Of a DNA stretch of 64,000 nt, positions 13,113-25,693 are shown one piece after another. The notes below the pieces were generated by a model, which saw only the letters and a list, made by a program, of their open reading frames with translations, was not told the origin of the DNA and did no database searches. Origin of the DNA: Octopus vulgaris (taxonomy: Eukaryota); contig OX597814.1 in assembly GCA_951406725.2 (NCBI GenBank), positions 192,634,001 through 192,698,000 of the forward strand, in the 5' to 3' direction. Numbering within the stretch: position 1 is the stretch's first letter; each line of letters starts with the position of its first letter. Made by a program: the position numbers and the translations under genes.

Positions 13113-13617
13113 CCGTAAATCCTCGAGTATAATACGCAGGGGATTTTTAGGTGGCTGTACTTCTGAAAAACCTAAACCTTGTGTATAATATACACCACTT
13201 CTCTAACGTGAGCCGTGTGTAATTAAGCCAGCAACACCTAATCGAACAAACACTTCCGCGCATGCATAATACAATAATGGTGATGTTCTTAACTGTTATA
13301 TGGGAATGTAAATATGTTTGCAAATTGCTTTTGTTATGTGTTATTCTGTGTTCTGAATACTTTTATTTTAATAAATGTTGCTTACTGCAAGTTATGGATG
13401 ATTCTTTTAAGACTTCATTGCTTTCAGGCTTAGCTTAAGGTATTTTCATGCCCGACATCACAAAATGTATCTGAATAAACATTGCCGGACAGCAAATAGA
13501 GACTCGAACATTGCTTAGAAAATATTTTTCATTTTTAACCTCATATATAGTAGGCACTAGGGATTTTGACCTTTAAATTTTGGGTAAAAAGTGCAGATTA
13601 TACTCAAGGATTTATGG
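13113..13617. mobile_element. Tc1/pogo-type MITE, second copy
   Basis: TA|CCGTAAATCCTCGAGTATAAT ... ATTATACTCAAGGATTTATGG|TA; interior is reverse-complement-similar to 1531-2027. Confidence 0.8.
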
Positions 13618-15990
13618 TACATCAAGTTAAATAGTCCCATTTATACATATACATACATTGATATAATTCTTAAACAAGAATGTTACTGACTTTCACCCAG
13701 CTAAACCATCGTCGAACAGCTTATAAAATTCTACAGATATGAACAAATTCTAAACAATAACAATAAATATATATATATATATAATTTAATCAATAAAAAT
13801 TTCTCCAAAACACTTCTCTATTACAACCCATCCTACAACCTAATCACTACTCTACTAAAACCCAGACACCCAAAGAATATTTTAACTCTACAGAGACTAT
13901 ATAAAGCCAAGATTAAATTCAATGCATCGTAGTCTGAAGATGGCTTAGCTGGCCAAAATTTCAAATTTACTGTCAATAATATTCTTGTTTAAGAAAAATA
14001 AATTTGTACTCTACAAAAGTACAGAGCAGCCCATCATTAATATAAAATTGTTTTTATTCTAACTGAATATAAGAACAAGTATTAATACCCCCCTACCACC
14101 TATGTGCTAGTATTTCATGAGTCACCCAAGTGATCCATTCAACCAACAACCATTCTGCCACAGGTCTGTTTTATCAAAAGCCAATCATGGTTCTCTGTTC
14201 AACAAAAACTTATGGATCCCCATAGTTATTCAATGTTTAAAAAAATTCTGTTATATTTTCATACTTAAATATTATTAGAAATTGTATAAAAAGTTGTTAA
14301 AATATTTTGTGTTGTAGAAATTTAACTATTTCAATGGACATCCAAGGGCTAGACTTTTGCATATTAAAGGGTAAAGACTCTCTTTGGTCAAGAATGACTA
14401 TGGGATTGCACCTAATAAGTTCCCCTCCAAGGGGCAAGTTTGGGTATGGTTGTTTATGGAAGACCAGCAGTCATCCATGTATATCAGTCTCCTCTTTCCA
14501 AGCCACCGATGTTGTCCAAGGGAAAGGCAAAAAGGTCAATATATATTTCTTTATTGCCCACAAGGGGCTAAACATAGAGAGGACAAACAAGGACAAACGG
14601 ATTAAGTCGATTACATCGACCTCAGTGCGAAACTGGTGCTTTATTTATCAACCCCGAAAGGATGAAAGGCAAAGTCGACCTCGTCTGAATTTGAACTCAG
14701 AACGTAATGACAGACGAAATACCGCTAAGCATTTCGCCCGGCGCGCTAACGTGTCTGCCAGCTCACTGCCAAAAAGGTCAATATAGCTTCATACCAATGA
14801 TATTGCAACTCATTTCTACAGATGAGTGAACTGGGGCAACGTGAAAGAAAGTGTGTTACTCAAGATCACAACACATAGACCGGTCCAGGAATCAAACTCA
14901 CTAATTCGTGATTGTGAGCCTGACTGTTATTTTATTAATTTAGAAAGACCATCAGTTGTAATTTTTTAGAATCAGTACTTAACAGAAATAATAAATAATG
15001 AACTGACATAATGAGATTTGGTGAGGAAATGAAAATCATTGGTTTTTAAAAAAAATCCAACAGAATATGAAACCTGGTGAATTTTTTTTTATTTTTTTTG
15101 CATGGCTTGTTATCTTACACATGCACTTGGGACAAGGGAAAGTGGTTGCCTTAAATTTGAGCCCTCATCAAAAGAGATACTTTATAAGAACTGAAATATA
15201 ATATACAACCTCTAACAATTTAATCAATAAAAATTCCTCCAAAACACTTCTCTATCACAACTCATCCTACAACCTAATGACTACTCTACTAAAACCCAGA
15301 CACCCAAAGAAGATTTTAACTCTACAGAGACTATATAAAGCCAAGATTAAATTCAATGCATCGCAGTCTGAAAAAGGAAAAGCGGTGAAAAGACGCACCT
15401 GAAATTTAAGCATAGAAAGTACACAATCTCCGAAGTTGCTTTTACAATAAAACTGTACTATATTTCTGAGAACAGAAAAATAGATCCAATATTTTTAACA
15501 TATGATTATACAAATTGATTTTTAAAAAGGAAAATAAATAGAAGCATTTTACTGCAACAGTAAACTACATCCAAAAGAAAAGAAAGAAAAAAAAAAAAAA
15601 TGACTCCAGTTAACTATTATGGCAGCTGACAATGTCAATAGGATACACACCTGCTGACCTACAGATAATTTCTAACTGGCCATCAGCGGAGTAATGAGGA
15701 CTTATCTCTGACTGGCTTAGCTTAGCCATTAGCTCTGATATGAAGTTATTGACTTTAGCAATAAACAGCAGAGTCATAGCATGATTGAGTATTTTGTTAT
15801 CTTGTCTAGCTAGGATGAAATCCTTTCACAAAACCCAGAGACACCAGCAACAAACTACTCAAAAAAAAAACCTCTCTCTTTTAAGTCATTGAGAAAAAGT
15901 CATTATTGTGACTTGACTGCATAATCAACTACAAGAAAATATATGAAAATTATTTATAAGAGACATATAATAAGTTACATCAAATCTTAC

Positions 15991-16043
15991 CTTGTTTATC
16001 AAAAAAGCCTGAGAACTCAATATTCATAAATTCTGATTTGTAC
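15991..16043 (-). CDS. SUZ12: SUZ12 exon (YKSEFMNIEFSGFFDKQ), 53 nt
   Basis: Acceptor tttcag, donor gtaaga; phase 2/1; resembles LQLTFTGFFHK. Confidence 0.88.
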
Positions 16044-18891
16044 CTGAAAGTTTAACAAGATGTGGCATTACTAACAAGGCTATTTCAACAAGCTACACAA
16101 CATTAGCCCCCCACCTCATAAAAATGAAGGTAAAAATATATATTTCTTTACTACCCACAAGGGGCTAAACATAGAGGGGACAAACAAGGACAGACAAAGG
16201 GATTAAGTCGATCACATCGACCCCGAGAGCTCGCCGCCTTATAAAAATTAAGGTAAAAATATAGTATAATCTAAATAGCATGTTATGTTAAAGAAAATCT
16301 ATACAGTCTGCATGTGCATATGCAAAGAAAGAAATAGTAAAGAGATGAATATTTATAAGCATAATCCAAATGTAAGATAGCCGATATCTCCATAGTACAA
16401 TGGTTGGTCAAATCTATTTCTAGTAAGGAAGTTTTATTCTTTTTTCTTTGAATGTATTACATATAAATCTATAATAATAGTTAAATAAATCAATCTGTCT
16501 GTCATCTAATTCCTTGTTTATGTTATTCTCTCACAGGTTTCAATCACTGGATGGTCTCCTTGATAGGGCATCACCTTCAAAGGTTTACTGGAACATATCA
16601 CCTCTAGAACTTGGCTTTCAAATCTGGTACTTACTTCACTTATCTCCATTTGCTGAACTGCTACGTCACAGAACATAAATATAAACATTCACTCACACAC
16701 ATGTACTGTTTCCATCTGCGGAGGCACAATGGCCCAGTGTTTAGTGCAGCAGACTCACAGTCGGAGGATCACTGTTTCGATTCCCAGACCGGGCGTTATG
16801 TGTGTTTATTGAGCAAAAACACCTAAGGGTCCACGAGGCTCCGGCAGTGGGTGGTGGTGACCCCTGTTGTACTCTTTCATCCCAACTTTCTCTCACTCTC
16901 TCTTCCTGTTTCTTGAGTAACACTGTGATGGACTAGTGTCCCATCCAGCTAGGAGGAACACATACGCCAAAGAAACCAGGCTCATGAGCCTGGCTAGGCT
17001 TGAAAAGGGCGCATAAATAAATAAACTGTTTGTATCTACCAAATTTCACTTGTACTATAGAATCTAGTTGGCCAATTCTTTTGAGGGTGCCATGCAATGG
17101 GATTGAACCTAAAACCACACGGCTGCAAAGCAAACTTCTTAATCATAGCCATGCTTGTAGTTCTAAAATTTATGAACAAATATTTTTACATTATGTTGGA
17201 TTTCTTAATCTTCTAATAATGGGGAGTATATAAGACAGTTTTCTTGTCAACTAATGTCTCGACCAAATTACATGACACTTTAATGAAGAGGCGCTTGTCT
17301 TAATGGTTAGGGTGTTAGACTCATGATCATAAGATTGTGATTTCAATTCCTGGACCAGGCAATACATCATGTCCTTGAGCAAAACAATTTAATGTTGCTC
17401 CAGCCCACTCAGCTGATAAAAATGAATAGTCGTTCAATGAACCAGTATCCCATTCAGGGAAGAGTATATACACATAAGGAAAACCAAGAAGCCAGCCCTA
17501 TGCTCCCTGATGGAATTATGTGGACTAAGAGTCCAGTAGTAATGGGATCATTAGCAAAGTACCCTATGCTCTTACCTTCTATAAAATGGCATTAACACAC
17601 AACCAATAATCACTTCATCTTGAAAGTAATCATGAAGGTCTAGAAATGGTTTCTACGGCTTGATACCCTTCCTAACATCAATTGCTTCGGTGTACAGGAT
17701 GTCTTTTTTTTCCTCCCTCTTGCTACTGGTACTAGTGAGGTCCCCAAATAACTCAGAGACAAGACCCCCACCCCCACCTCAACTGAGTTGAGTGCAGTAT
17801 AGAGCAAAGTGGCTTTCTGTCAGGTGACGCGAGGTTAAAGTATGAAGAGAGGGACAGAAAAAGGTGTCTTGTAGTAGAGGAAATACCTAGCTACCCCAGT
17901 TGGAAAAAAGAGAGATATTATGGTAAAGAGGTGTCAAGGCATCCCTACAAGTTACAGAAAGATGAATATAAGGGAAGTGGCCCAGAGGATTGGACAGGGT
18001 GAAAGAGTAGGAAAGTCCATGAGAGTGTGTGCAGGTGATCATCATTTAATGTCTCTTTTCCATACTGGCATGGGTTGGATGGTTTGACAGCAGCTGGTGA
18101 GCCAGAGGCCGACACTAAGCTCCACTGTCTGATTTGGTATGGATTTTACAGCTGGATACCCTTCCTAATGCCAACCACTTTATAGAACAGACTTGATGCT
18201 TTTTATGTGGCATCAGCACCAGCAAGGTCTGCTTTAGCATGTTTTTTTTGTTTTTTGTTTTTTATGCCTGGATGCCCTTCCATGCTTGCACAGATTGGAA
18301 TCTATTGCCTTTTTTAACTTTGAATTTTTGCAACCAGCCCATGTCTCATTCATCAGGTCTCAAGACTGATTACAACTGCATCACCTTTCAAATTTTTCAA
18401 TCCAGAAATACTATTTGTATGTTCCACAGTTTATAAATACTTAAAATCTCTGAAGACAATAATCTCGGTCAAGCACTGACAGAAGAGCCTCTACATTGCA
18501 TTTAATTTGTTCAATGTAGCACTCAAGTTTCTCTAAACAGATTTCTCTCTTTCAAAATGCAAACCAGATGTTGTCAAACATTATTGTAAAGCTGTCCCAA
18601 AAAAATTATCTCTCTCAATATTTCATTAACCGAAGATTATTTATTCATTCATACATACAAAGGTCAGGTGTAGCCATGTGATTAAGATGTACGTTTCTTA
18701 ATCACATAGACTCTGATTCAGTGCCATGGTGTTGCACCTTGAGCAAGTGCTGACGGATTTGGTAGACTGAAAGAAGCTCATTGTGTATGTATGCATGCAT
18801 TTTTTTGTCTTGACATCACGTGACAGTTGTAAAGGAGTTGCTGTCATAGAGGCAATGTCATTCATTTACATGAGAAACGTGTCTGGCTATA

Positions 18892-19599
18892 GGGAATTAT
18901 TTTGCTTGGAAACAGGTGAGGGTTAGCAACAGGAATGACACCTGGCCATACAGAATTATTTTGCTTGGAAACAGATGAGGGTTAGCAACAGGAATGACAC
19001 CTGGCCATACGGAATTATTTTGCTTGTAAACAGGTGAGGGTTAGCAACAGGAATGACACCTGGCCATACGGAATTATTTTGCTTGTAAACAGGTGAGGGT
19101 TAGAACAGGAATGACACCTGGCCATACGGAATTATTTTGCTTGTAAACAGATGAGGGTTAGCAACAGGAATGACACCTGGCCATAGGGAATTATTTTGCT
19201 TGGAAACAGGTGAGAGTTAGCAACAGGAATGACACCTGGCCATAAGGAATTATTTTGCTAGGAAACAGGTGAGGGTTAGCAACAGGAATGGCACCTGGCC
19301 ATACGGAATTATTTTGCTTGTAAACAGGTGAGGGTTAGCAACAGGAATGACACCTGGCCATACGGAATTATTTTGCTTGTAAACAGATGAGGGTTAGCAA
19401 CAGGAATGACACCTGGCCATAGGGAATTATTTTGCTTGGAAACAGGTGAGAGTTAGCAACAGGAATGACACCTGGCCATAAGGAATTATTTTGCTAGGAA
19501 ACAGGTGAGGGTTAGCAACAGGAATGGCACCTGGCTATACGGAATTATTTTGCTTGTAAACAGGTGAGGGTTAGCAACAGGAATGACACCTGGCCATAG
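18892..19599. repeat. Minisatellite, 12 x 59 bp
   Basis: Unit GGAATTATTTTGCTTG(G/T)AAACAGGTGAGGGTTAGCAACAGGAATGACACCTGGCCATA(C/G/A), head to tail with no spacers. Confidence 0.97.
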
Positions 19600-20074
19600 A
19601 AAATCTTCTTCAGTAAACATTGTCTGACCCATGCAAGCATGGAAATGCAGACATTAAAATGATGATGAATGAACAAGTAAAAACTGTTGAGACTCCTTGA
19701 ACATCAAACATAGTATTAATGTAGGTATTGAAAGAATAGCGATACAGGCAACCTCCATATTATAGAGGTGTCGAGGTTATAAAATATTTTGCTATGATGT
19801 GGAGTTCTATAAGAGTAAAACATTTTCCCCATTAATTTCCATATTCAGTGATGGTCACACAACAGAGAAGTCGATGGGAAAATAAAGTTTTGTGTTATAG
19901 AGCCACACATCATGTTTTACTTTGCGAAATATAGGCGTAAAAAGTGGCTATGTGGTAAGTAGCTTGCTAACCAACCACATGGTTCTGGGCTCAGTCCCAC
20001 CGCGTGGCACCTTGGGCAAGTGTCTTCTACTATAGCCTCAGACCGACGGAAACTGAAAGCCCATCATATATATG

Positions 20075-20109
<35 letters not shown>

Positions 20110-22128
20110 ATATTTGTGTATCTGTGTTTGTCCCCCCAACATCTCTTGACAACCGATGCTGGTGTGTTTACGTCCACGTAACTTAGCAGTTTGGCAAAAG
20201 AGACCGATATGCTTACAAAAATGTCCTGGGGTCGATTTGCTCAACTAAAGGTGGTGCTCCAGCATGGCCACAGTCAAATGACTAAAACAAGTAAAAGAGT
20301 AAAGAGCATAATGCTTATCTATTCGCATTATTTTGAATTACTCATGAAATGTCACAGCTTTCAGATTCCAGTGAGGTGAATAGTATATTTTTTGAATGAC
20401 ATTGTAGGGTAAGTGTGAGAGGCCAGATCTGACTTGTTAAAATGCTAAAGGGTTACAGCAACTTAGAATGTTCATTGTTGAATAAATCAGCCTGACTTTT
20501 AATTCTAACAAGAGACTGTAAAGTTGAACCAACTAGACTGACAACAGCTGTGACTACAAGAGGTATTTTCTTTTACTTCTAGGCCAGATATATATGAAGG
20601 AAAAACAAAAAAAAATAAAAAACAAAGTGTGGCAATCAATCTTTTTTTTTTATGTGTGTCCTAAATGGTCACATTGGTTTTTAAATATAAAAATTTTTTT
20701 TTTAATTTTTTTTTCCTTTTGTTTCTTCTGGGAGGAAAATTTTAAACTGTGGCCATGCTGGGGCACCACCATGAAGAGTTTACTTGAACAAATTGATGTT
20801 GGTACTTATTCTATCAGTCCTTTCTGCTGAACTGCTAAGTTATGAAGGTGTAAGTAAACCAACACCGGTTGTCAAGCAATGTGTGTGTGTGTTTATGGGT
20901 GAGCAAAGACACACACATACATATTTATACATATATGATGGGCTTCTATACATGCTAGCATGGAAAGCGGACGTTAAACGATGATGATGATGATGATGAA
21001 GAAGATGAGTCCACGCTGCAAAGCAGTTGGCATTTGGAGGCGCATCCAGCTGTAAAAAACTGTGCCAAAACTGACCTCTCCTGTGCTGGTGCCACGTAAA
21101 AAGCACTCAGCAATGGTTGGTGCTAGGAAGGGCATCCAGCTTGTCAAACTGTCCAACCCATTCCAGCATGGAAGAAGGGCATTAAACAATGATGATGATG
21201 ATATATCTATGAGAAGGAGAGAGAGAGAGACTGTATGTGTATGTGTACCCTTGTTTATATATTGTGATGGTTGTAGCCGGGCATCAACATAATACTAGCA
21301 AGGTTGTTTGATTCCAACCTTCCATGAAAAGCATGTCTAGTGATGATGGAGAAATATTACCTTGCTTAGAATAAGTATAAGCTGGTGACAAGAAGGGCTT
21401 CCAGCCATAGAAAATCTGCCTCAAAAAATTTCATCTGATACATGCAAGGATGGAAAATGGATATCAAATAACGACAACGATGATGATGATTAACAGATAA
21501 AAAAGAAAAAATTCTTCACCTCTGTTTCTCTCTATCATAAAATCAAGTTTTTCATTAATTTGAATTTTTTTTTTTATTTTACTAATTCATAACATGAAGC
21601 TGTTATAAAACAATGTGTCTCGTCCAGAAAAATTCATAACAGTTTAGTTCATATAAGGAGCTACATCGATTTCATTAAAAAAAAATTATAAGGAAGATGT
21701 GGGCTTCATCATTATCCAAAACCTCACCAAATGACAAATATCTTAACAACCCATCTTATGTTTAATATTAACCCATGCTAGCCATGAAAAGCGGACGTTA
21801 AACAATGATGATGGTGATGATACATGCTACATATCAAGCAAACAATATCCATCTCATTTCCTTCATGAAATAATAAGTGATTTTCAGACTAACTTAAGGT
21901 TTGTCACTGGTAGCAATAATCCTCTGAATATTTTAGATGCTTTAATGCTAAGATTCATCGTTGTTATGACAAATAGAAAGAGACAACTTGAGGAACTGAA
22001 ACAATAATCTCTATACAAGGAACATTCTGAGTGAAAGCAAAATGTCCAAGACATCAGGAAAATCATGGAATCTCATATGAAGATAGTTAGAATTATTAGC
22101 CAACTACAGTTACTTAAAAAACAAAATG

Positions 22129-22545
22129 CCTATGTCTTTACTACCCACAAGGGGCTAAACACAGAGAGGACAAACAAGGACAGGCAAACGGATTAAGTCG
22201 ATTAGATCGACCCCAGTGCGTAACTGGTACTTAATTTATCGACCCCGAAAGGATGAAAGGCAAAGTCGACCTCAGCGGAATTTGAACTCAGAACATAACG
22301 GCAGACGAAATACCTATTTCTTTACTACCCACAAGGGCCTAAACACAGAGGGGACAAACAAGGACAGACAAACAGATTAAGTCGATTATATCAACCCCAG
22401 TGCGTAACTGGTACTTAATCTATCGACCCTGAAAGGATGAACGGCAAAGTGGACCTCGGCGGAATTTGAACTCAGAATGTTACGGCAGATGAAATACGGC
22501 CACGCATTTTGCCTGGCATGCTAACGTTTCTGCCACCTTGCCGCC
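22129..22545 (-). mobile_element. SINE family B, tandem dimer
   Basis: Head GGCGGCAAGGTGGCAGAAACGTTAGC, B-box GAGTTCAAATTCC, 184-bp body duplicated. Monomers at ~14545-14770, 35532-35760, 62261-62490. Confidence 0.85.
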
Positions 22546-23147
22546 TTTAAAACAAAATACTGTTTAGCCTTTCAACATTCAAACTGACCATATCCAGCTC
22601 AAATATTCCACTAGTTTTATGTTAAAACTGGCCAGATCTGGCCTCTCACACCTATTCAACAACATCTTTCTAAAACTAAGCGATCAGATTATGAAAATGT
22701 CTTAGCTATGAGATGATGCATGATTAATTCAAACAAATGAGAATAAATAAGCATCGAGCGAGGTCGTTGCCAGTACCACCCGACTGGCCCACGTGCCGGT
22801 GGCACCTAAAAGCACCATATTCAGTGGTTGGCATTAGGAAGGGCATCCAGCTGTAGAAACTGCCACATCAAGATTGGAGCCTGGTGCAGCCATCTGGTTC
22901 GCCAGACCTCAGTCAAATCGTCCAACCCATGCTAGCATGGAAAGCGGACGTTAAACGATGATGATGTTGATGATTACATTTGATTGAGTTATCTGAATTC
23001 TAAAGAGTTATAGGAATAAATTATATAGCCAATCACACTGTTGCCTTCAATTAAAAATTTTCCATCGTCTCTCTGAAATGTTTAATGTGTCCTTTGGCAT
23101 ATGTAAAATAAATTGGTTGAAAGATTTTCAGAATATTTTAGTATGTA

Positions 23148-23545
23148 CTAGCAGTATCACCCGGCGTTGCTCGGGTTTGTAAGGGAAATAACTATATAAG
23201 CATTTTTAGAGAGTTATAGCCAAAAAATAGCAAAAAGATGCATTAAAAATGGAAAACAAATGATGGTAAATTTTTTTTTTAAATCGTTGACTCATTGTTG
23301 ACATTTTTAGAGAGTTACTTCCCTTATATAATAGCGAAAAATGCATTAAAATGGAAAAAAATGATGGTAATTTTTTTTTTAAATCGTAGACTCATCGTAG
23401 ACGCACACTAATACCCAGAAGGGCTCGATATGAATCACGACTATAAGATACCCGGTTTTGGTTAAACTGCACCGCAAAATGTGGGAGTAGTTAGGAATCT
23501 AAATCGTAGGAGACAGACACACAACTTCTCTTTTATATATAAAGA
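23148..23545 (-). mobile_element. Non-autonomous Helitron-like element
   Basis: Minus strand A|TC start, 3' CCCGAGCAACGCCGGG hairpin then CTAG|T. Confidence 0.75.
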
Positions 23546-23719
23546 TACTTAAAAAGTGAGAACAACAGAATTTTATAACCAAACCAAAATACATGCATTT
23601 TAATACAGTTTATCTACATCGTTGAGATAAGATTATCTACAGCTAGATCCCCTTCCTGCTGCCAGCCCTTACTTTTTGCAAAAACATTTTACCACTACCA
23701 GACGTTTTCACTATTTTTA

Positions 23720-24124
23720 TACTCTTTTACTTGTTTCAGTCATTTGACTGTGGCCATGCTGGAGCACCGCCTTTAGTCGAGCAAATCGACCCCAGGACTT
23801 ATTCTTTGTAAGCCTAGTACTTATTCTATCGGTCTCTTTTGCCGAACCATTAAGTTACAGGTATGTAAACACACCACCATCACTTGTCAAGCAATGTTGG
23901 GGGGACAAACACAGACACACATATACATATATATATACATACACAGACACATATATATACGACGGGCTTCTTTCAGTTTCCGTCTACCAAATCCACTCAC
24001 AAGGCTTTGGTCGGCCCAAGGCTAAAGCAGAAGGCACTTGCCTAAGGTATCACGCAGTGGGACTGAACCCGGAACCATGTGGTTGGTAAGCAAGCTATTT
24101 ACCACACAGCCACTCCTGCGCCTA
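23720..24124 (-). mobile_element. tRNA-derived SINE family A (representative full copy)
   Basis: Head GGCGCAGGAGTGGCTGTGTGG...GGTTCAGTCCC (A/B boxes), internal microsatellite, AAGTAAAAGAGT tail; direct repeat ACTACCAGACGTTTTCAC on both sides. Other minus copies near 5286, 7613, 12213, 31211, 41470, 42853, 54880, 61495, 62555. Confidence 0.9.
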
Positions 24125-24246
24125 CAAGACACTACCAGACGTTTTCACAGAAGAATGGAATTGAACAACACTCTATGACAGTGATGCTATTTATAACTAC
24201 TGCATCAACCAAATCCACTCAAAGCTTTTGGATGTTAAAACAATAG

Positions 24247-24247
<1 letters not shown>

Positions 24248-24301
<54 letters not shown>
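24248..24301. repeat. (GAT)n microsatellite
   Basis: About 18 perfect units. Confidence 0.95.
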
Positions 24302-24603
24302 ATAGCTCAAGAAAAAACTAAAATTAATCATCTCTAAAACAGATAAAAGTCATGGCATTTATGAGGGGATGCTGGAAAGATCCTGGTTTTGGGTAAAAGG
24401 AAATACAGGAAGATCAGTTATGATTTTATTCAACATATTCCCCACTCAGGTTCACACACTTATTGCAGCGGTCCTTCAGTTTTTCTAAGCCCTGTAAAAA
24501 GAACTGGGAAGGTTGGGACTCCAACCAGGCATTTCATGATACCCATAAAGCCAGGAGCTTTTCAGCATCCCCTTGTATTAAATCAGAACAACTATCTTTC
24601 TCT

Positions 24604-24846
24604 TTGGCGAAAGCGATGTGGGGGACAACGAAAAACCTGGCTGATGACAGTCAAGGCTGATCTGGAACCCAACCTAGGCCCCCATATCTATGGCGTTCGC
24701 CGCTGGAATAAGGAGTGGTTGAAGATCACGCGGTCGTTAGCCTCAAATCGCCAGGCCTGGTCTGCGTTTGTGAGAGAGGCAGCATTGAGGATGAATGAAG
24801 CCAGCTCGACCCACCCCGGGTGAATGCTGTCTCAAGTCAAGTCAAG
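24604..24846 (+). mobile_element. RTE-like LINE 3' end with (CAAGT)n tail
   Basis: WRKRCGGQRKTW...NRQAWSAFV resembles RTE ORF C-termini; inverted copy at 53989-54215. Confidence 0.75.
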
Positions 24847-25473
24847 AACAACTATCAACAGGTAATTCAGAATTCTGGTATAGAAAATGGAAAATAAACT
24901 TATGCTATTTTTGCACTTCACAAACAAAACATTATTGCATGTGTATGGTGTATTATTATACATCATATCATATTTTTCACACACACAATATGTACATATA
25001 TATATTTTAAGAGAGGGGAGAGGAGGGGGTAAAATGAAAAAATTCCAGAAATTTATGCTAGTCTATAGGGCTTTCAAATTTATATTACATTTTGTGAATA
25101 ATAATATTGTTGAGTTACAGGCTTCCGGATCACTAATTGACTGCATTTAACAATGGTGAGAGCAACACAGGAGTGTCTGTGCGACTCAAGCGAAACATAC
25201 TCTATGTAAGATATTTTCGTTCAAAAGCACCAGTTTTCAGTTTTCTGATACACATCAGTGAAAAACACACACACACACACTCTCTCTCTCTCTCTCCAAT
25301 ACAGTTTATACCAAGTTTATGCAAGCCAAATACAATTCACAAGGCATTGGTTAATGTGAAGCTGTAGTACAAGACACTTGCACATAATGGGATTGAACCC
25401 AGAGTCATGTGTTTGGTTATAAAGAGAATTTCCTGACCACAGAGACATGCATGTAGCAGTGAGCTTGTTTTAA

Positions 25474-25693
25474 CCTTTTCGTTACTGTATTTATTTTGAG
25501 GTGCTCTGTATTTCTTTCAATTACTATAAATACAACAAAGAATTTAGTAAAATAACTTGGTTATCATTAAGCTAGTGTTAGGAACATTAATTGTGACTAA
25601 GGTTTGGTGGAAGATTTTAATTCAAAACTTATGAAAACAGGACATTTGTACTCAGAGCCAGAGCCAGTTTTAGTCAGGTTGGTAACAAAAGGG
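25474..25693. mobile_element. piggyBac-like MITE family 2
   Basis: TTAA flanks, CCTTTTCGTTAC ... GTAACAAAAGGG termini; related copies near 44750-44965 and 61127-61329. Confidence 0.72.

Noticed and set aside
14307-14786. 159-aa ORF and the many recurring LQLDALPNANH / YQIHSQGFG / QSRPR ORFs
   Set aside because: Translations of SINE families A-D.
18892-19599. CRISPR-like array
   Set aside because: Units are contiguous with no unique spacers, no cas genes, eukaryotic intron.
24389-24823. 144-aa ORF as a nested gene
   Set aside because: C-terminal half is a LINE 3' end duplicated at 53989-54215; the rest is unrecognisable.
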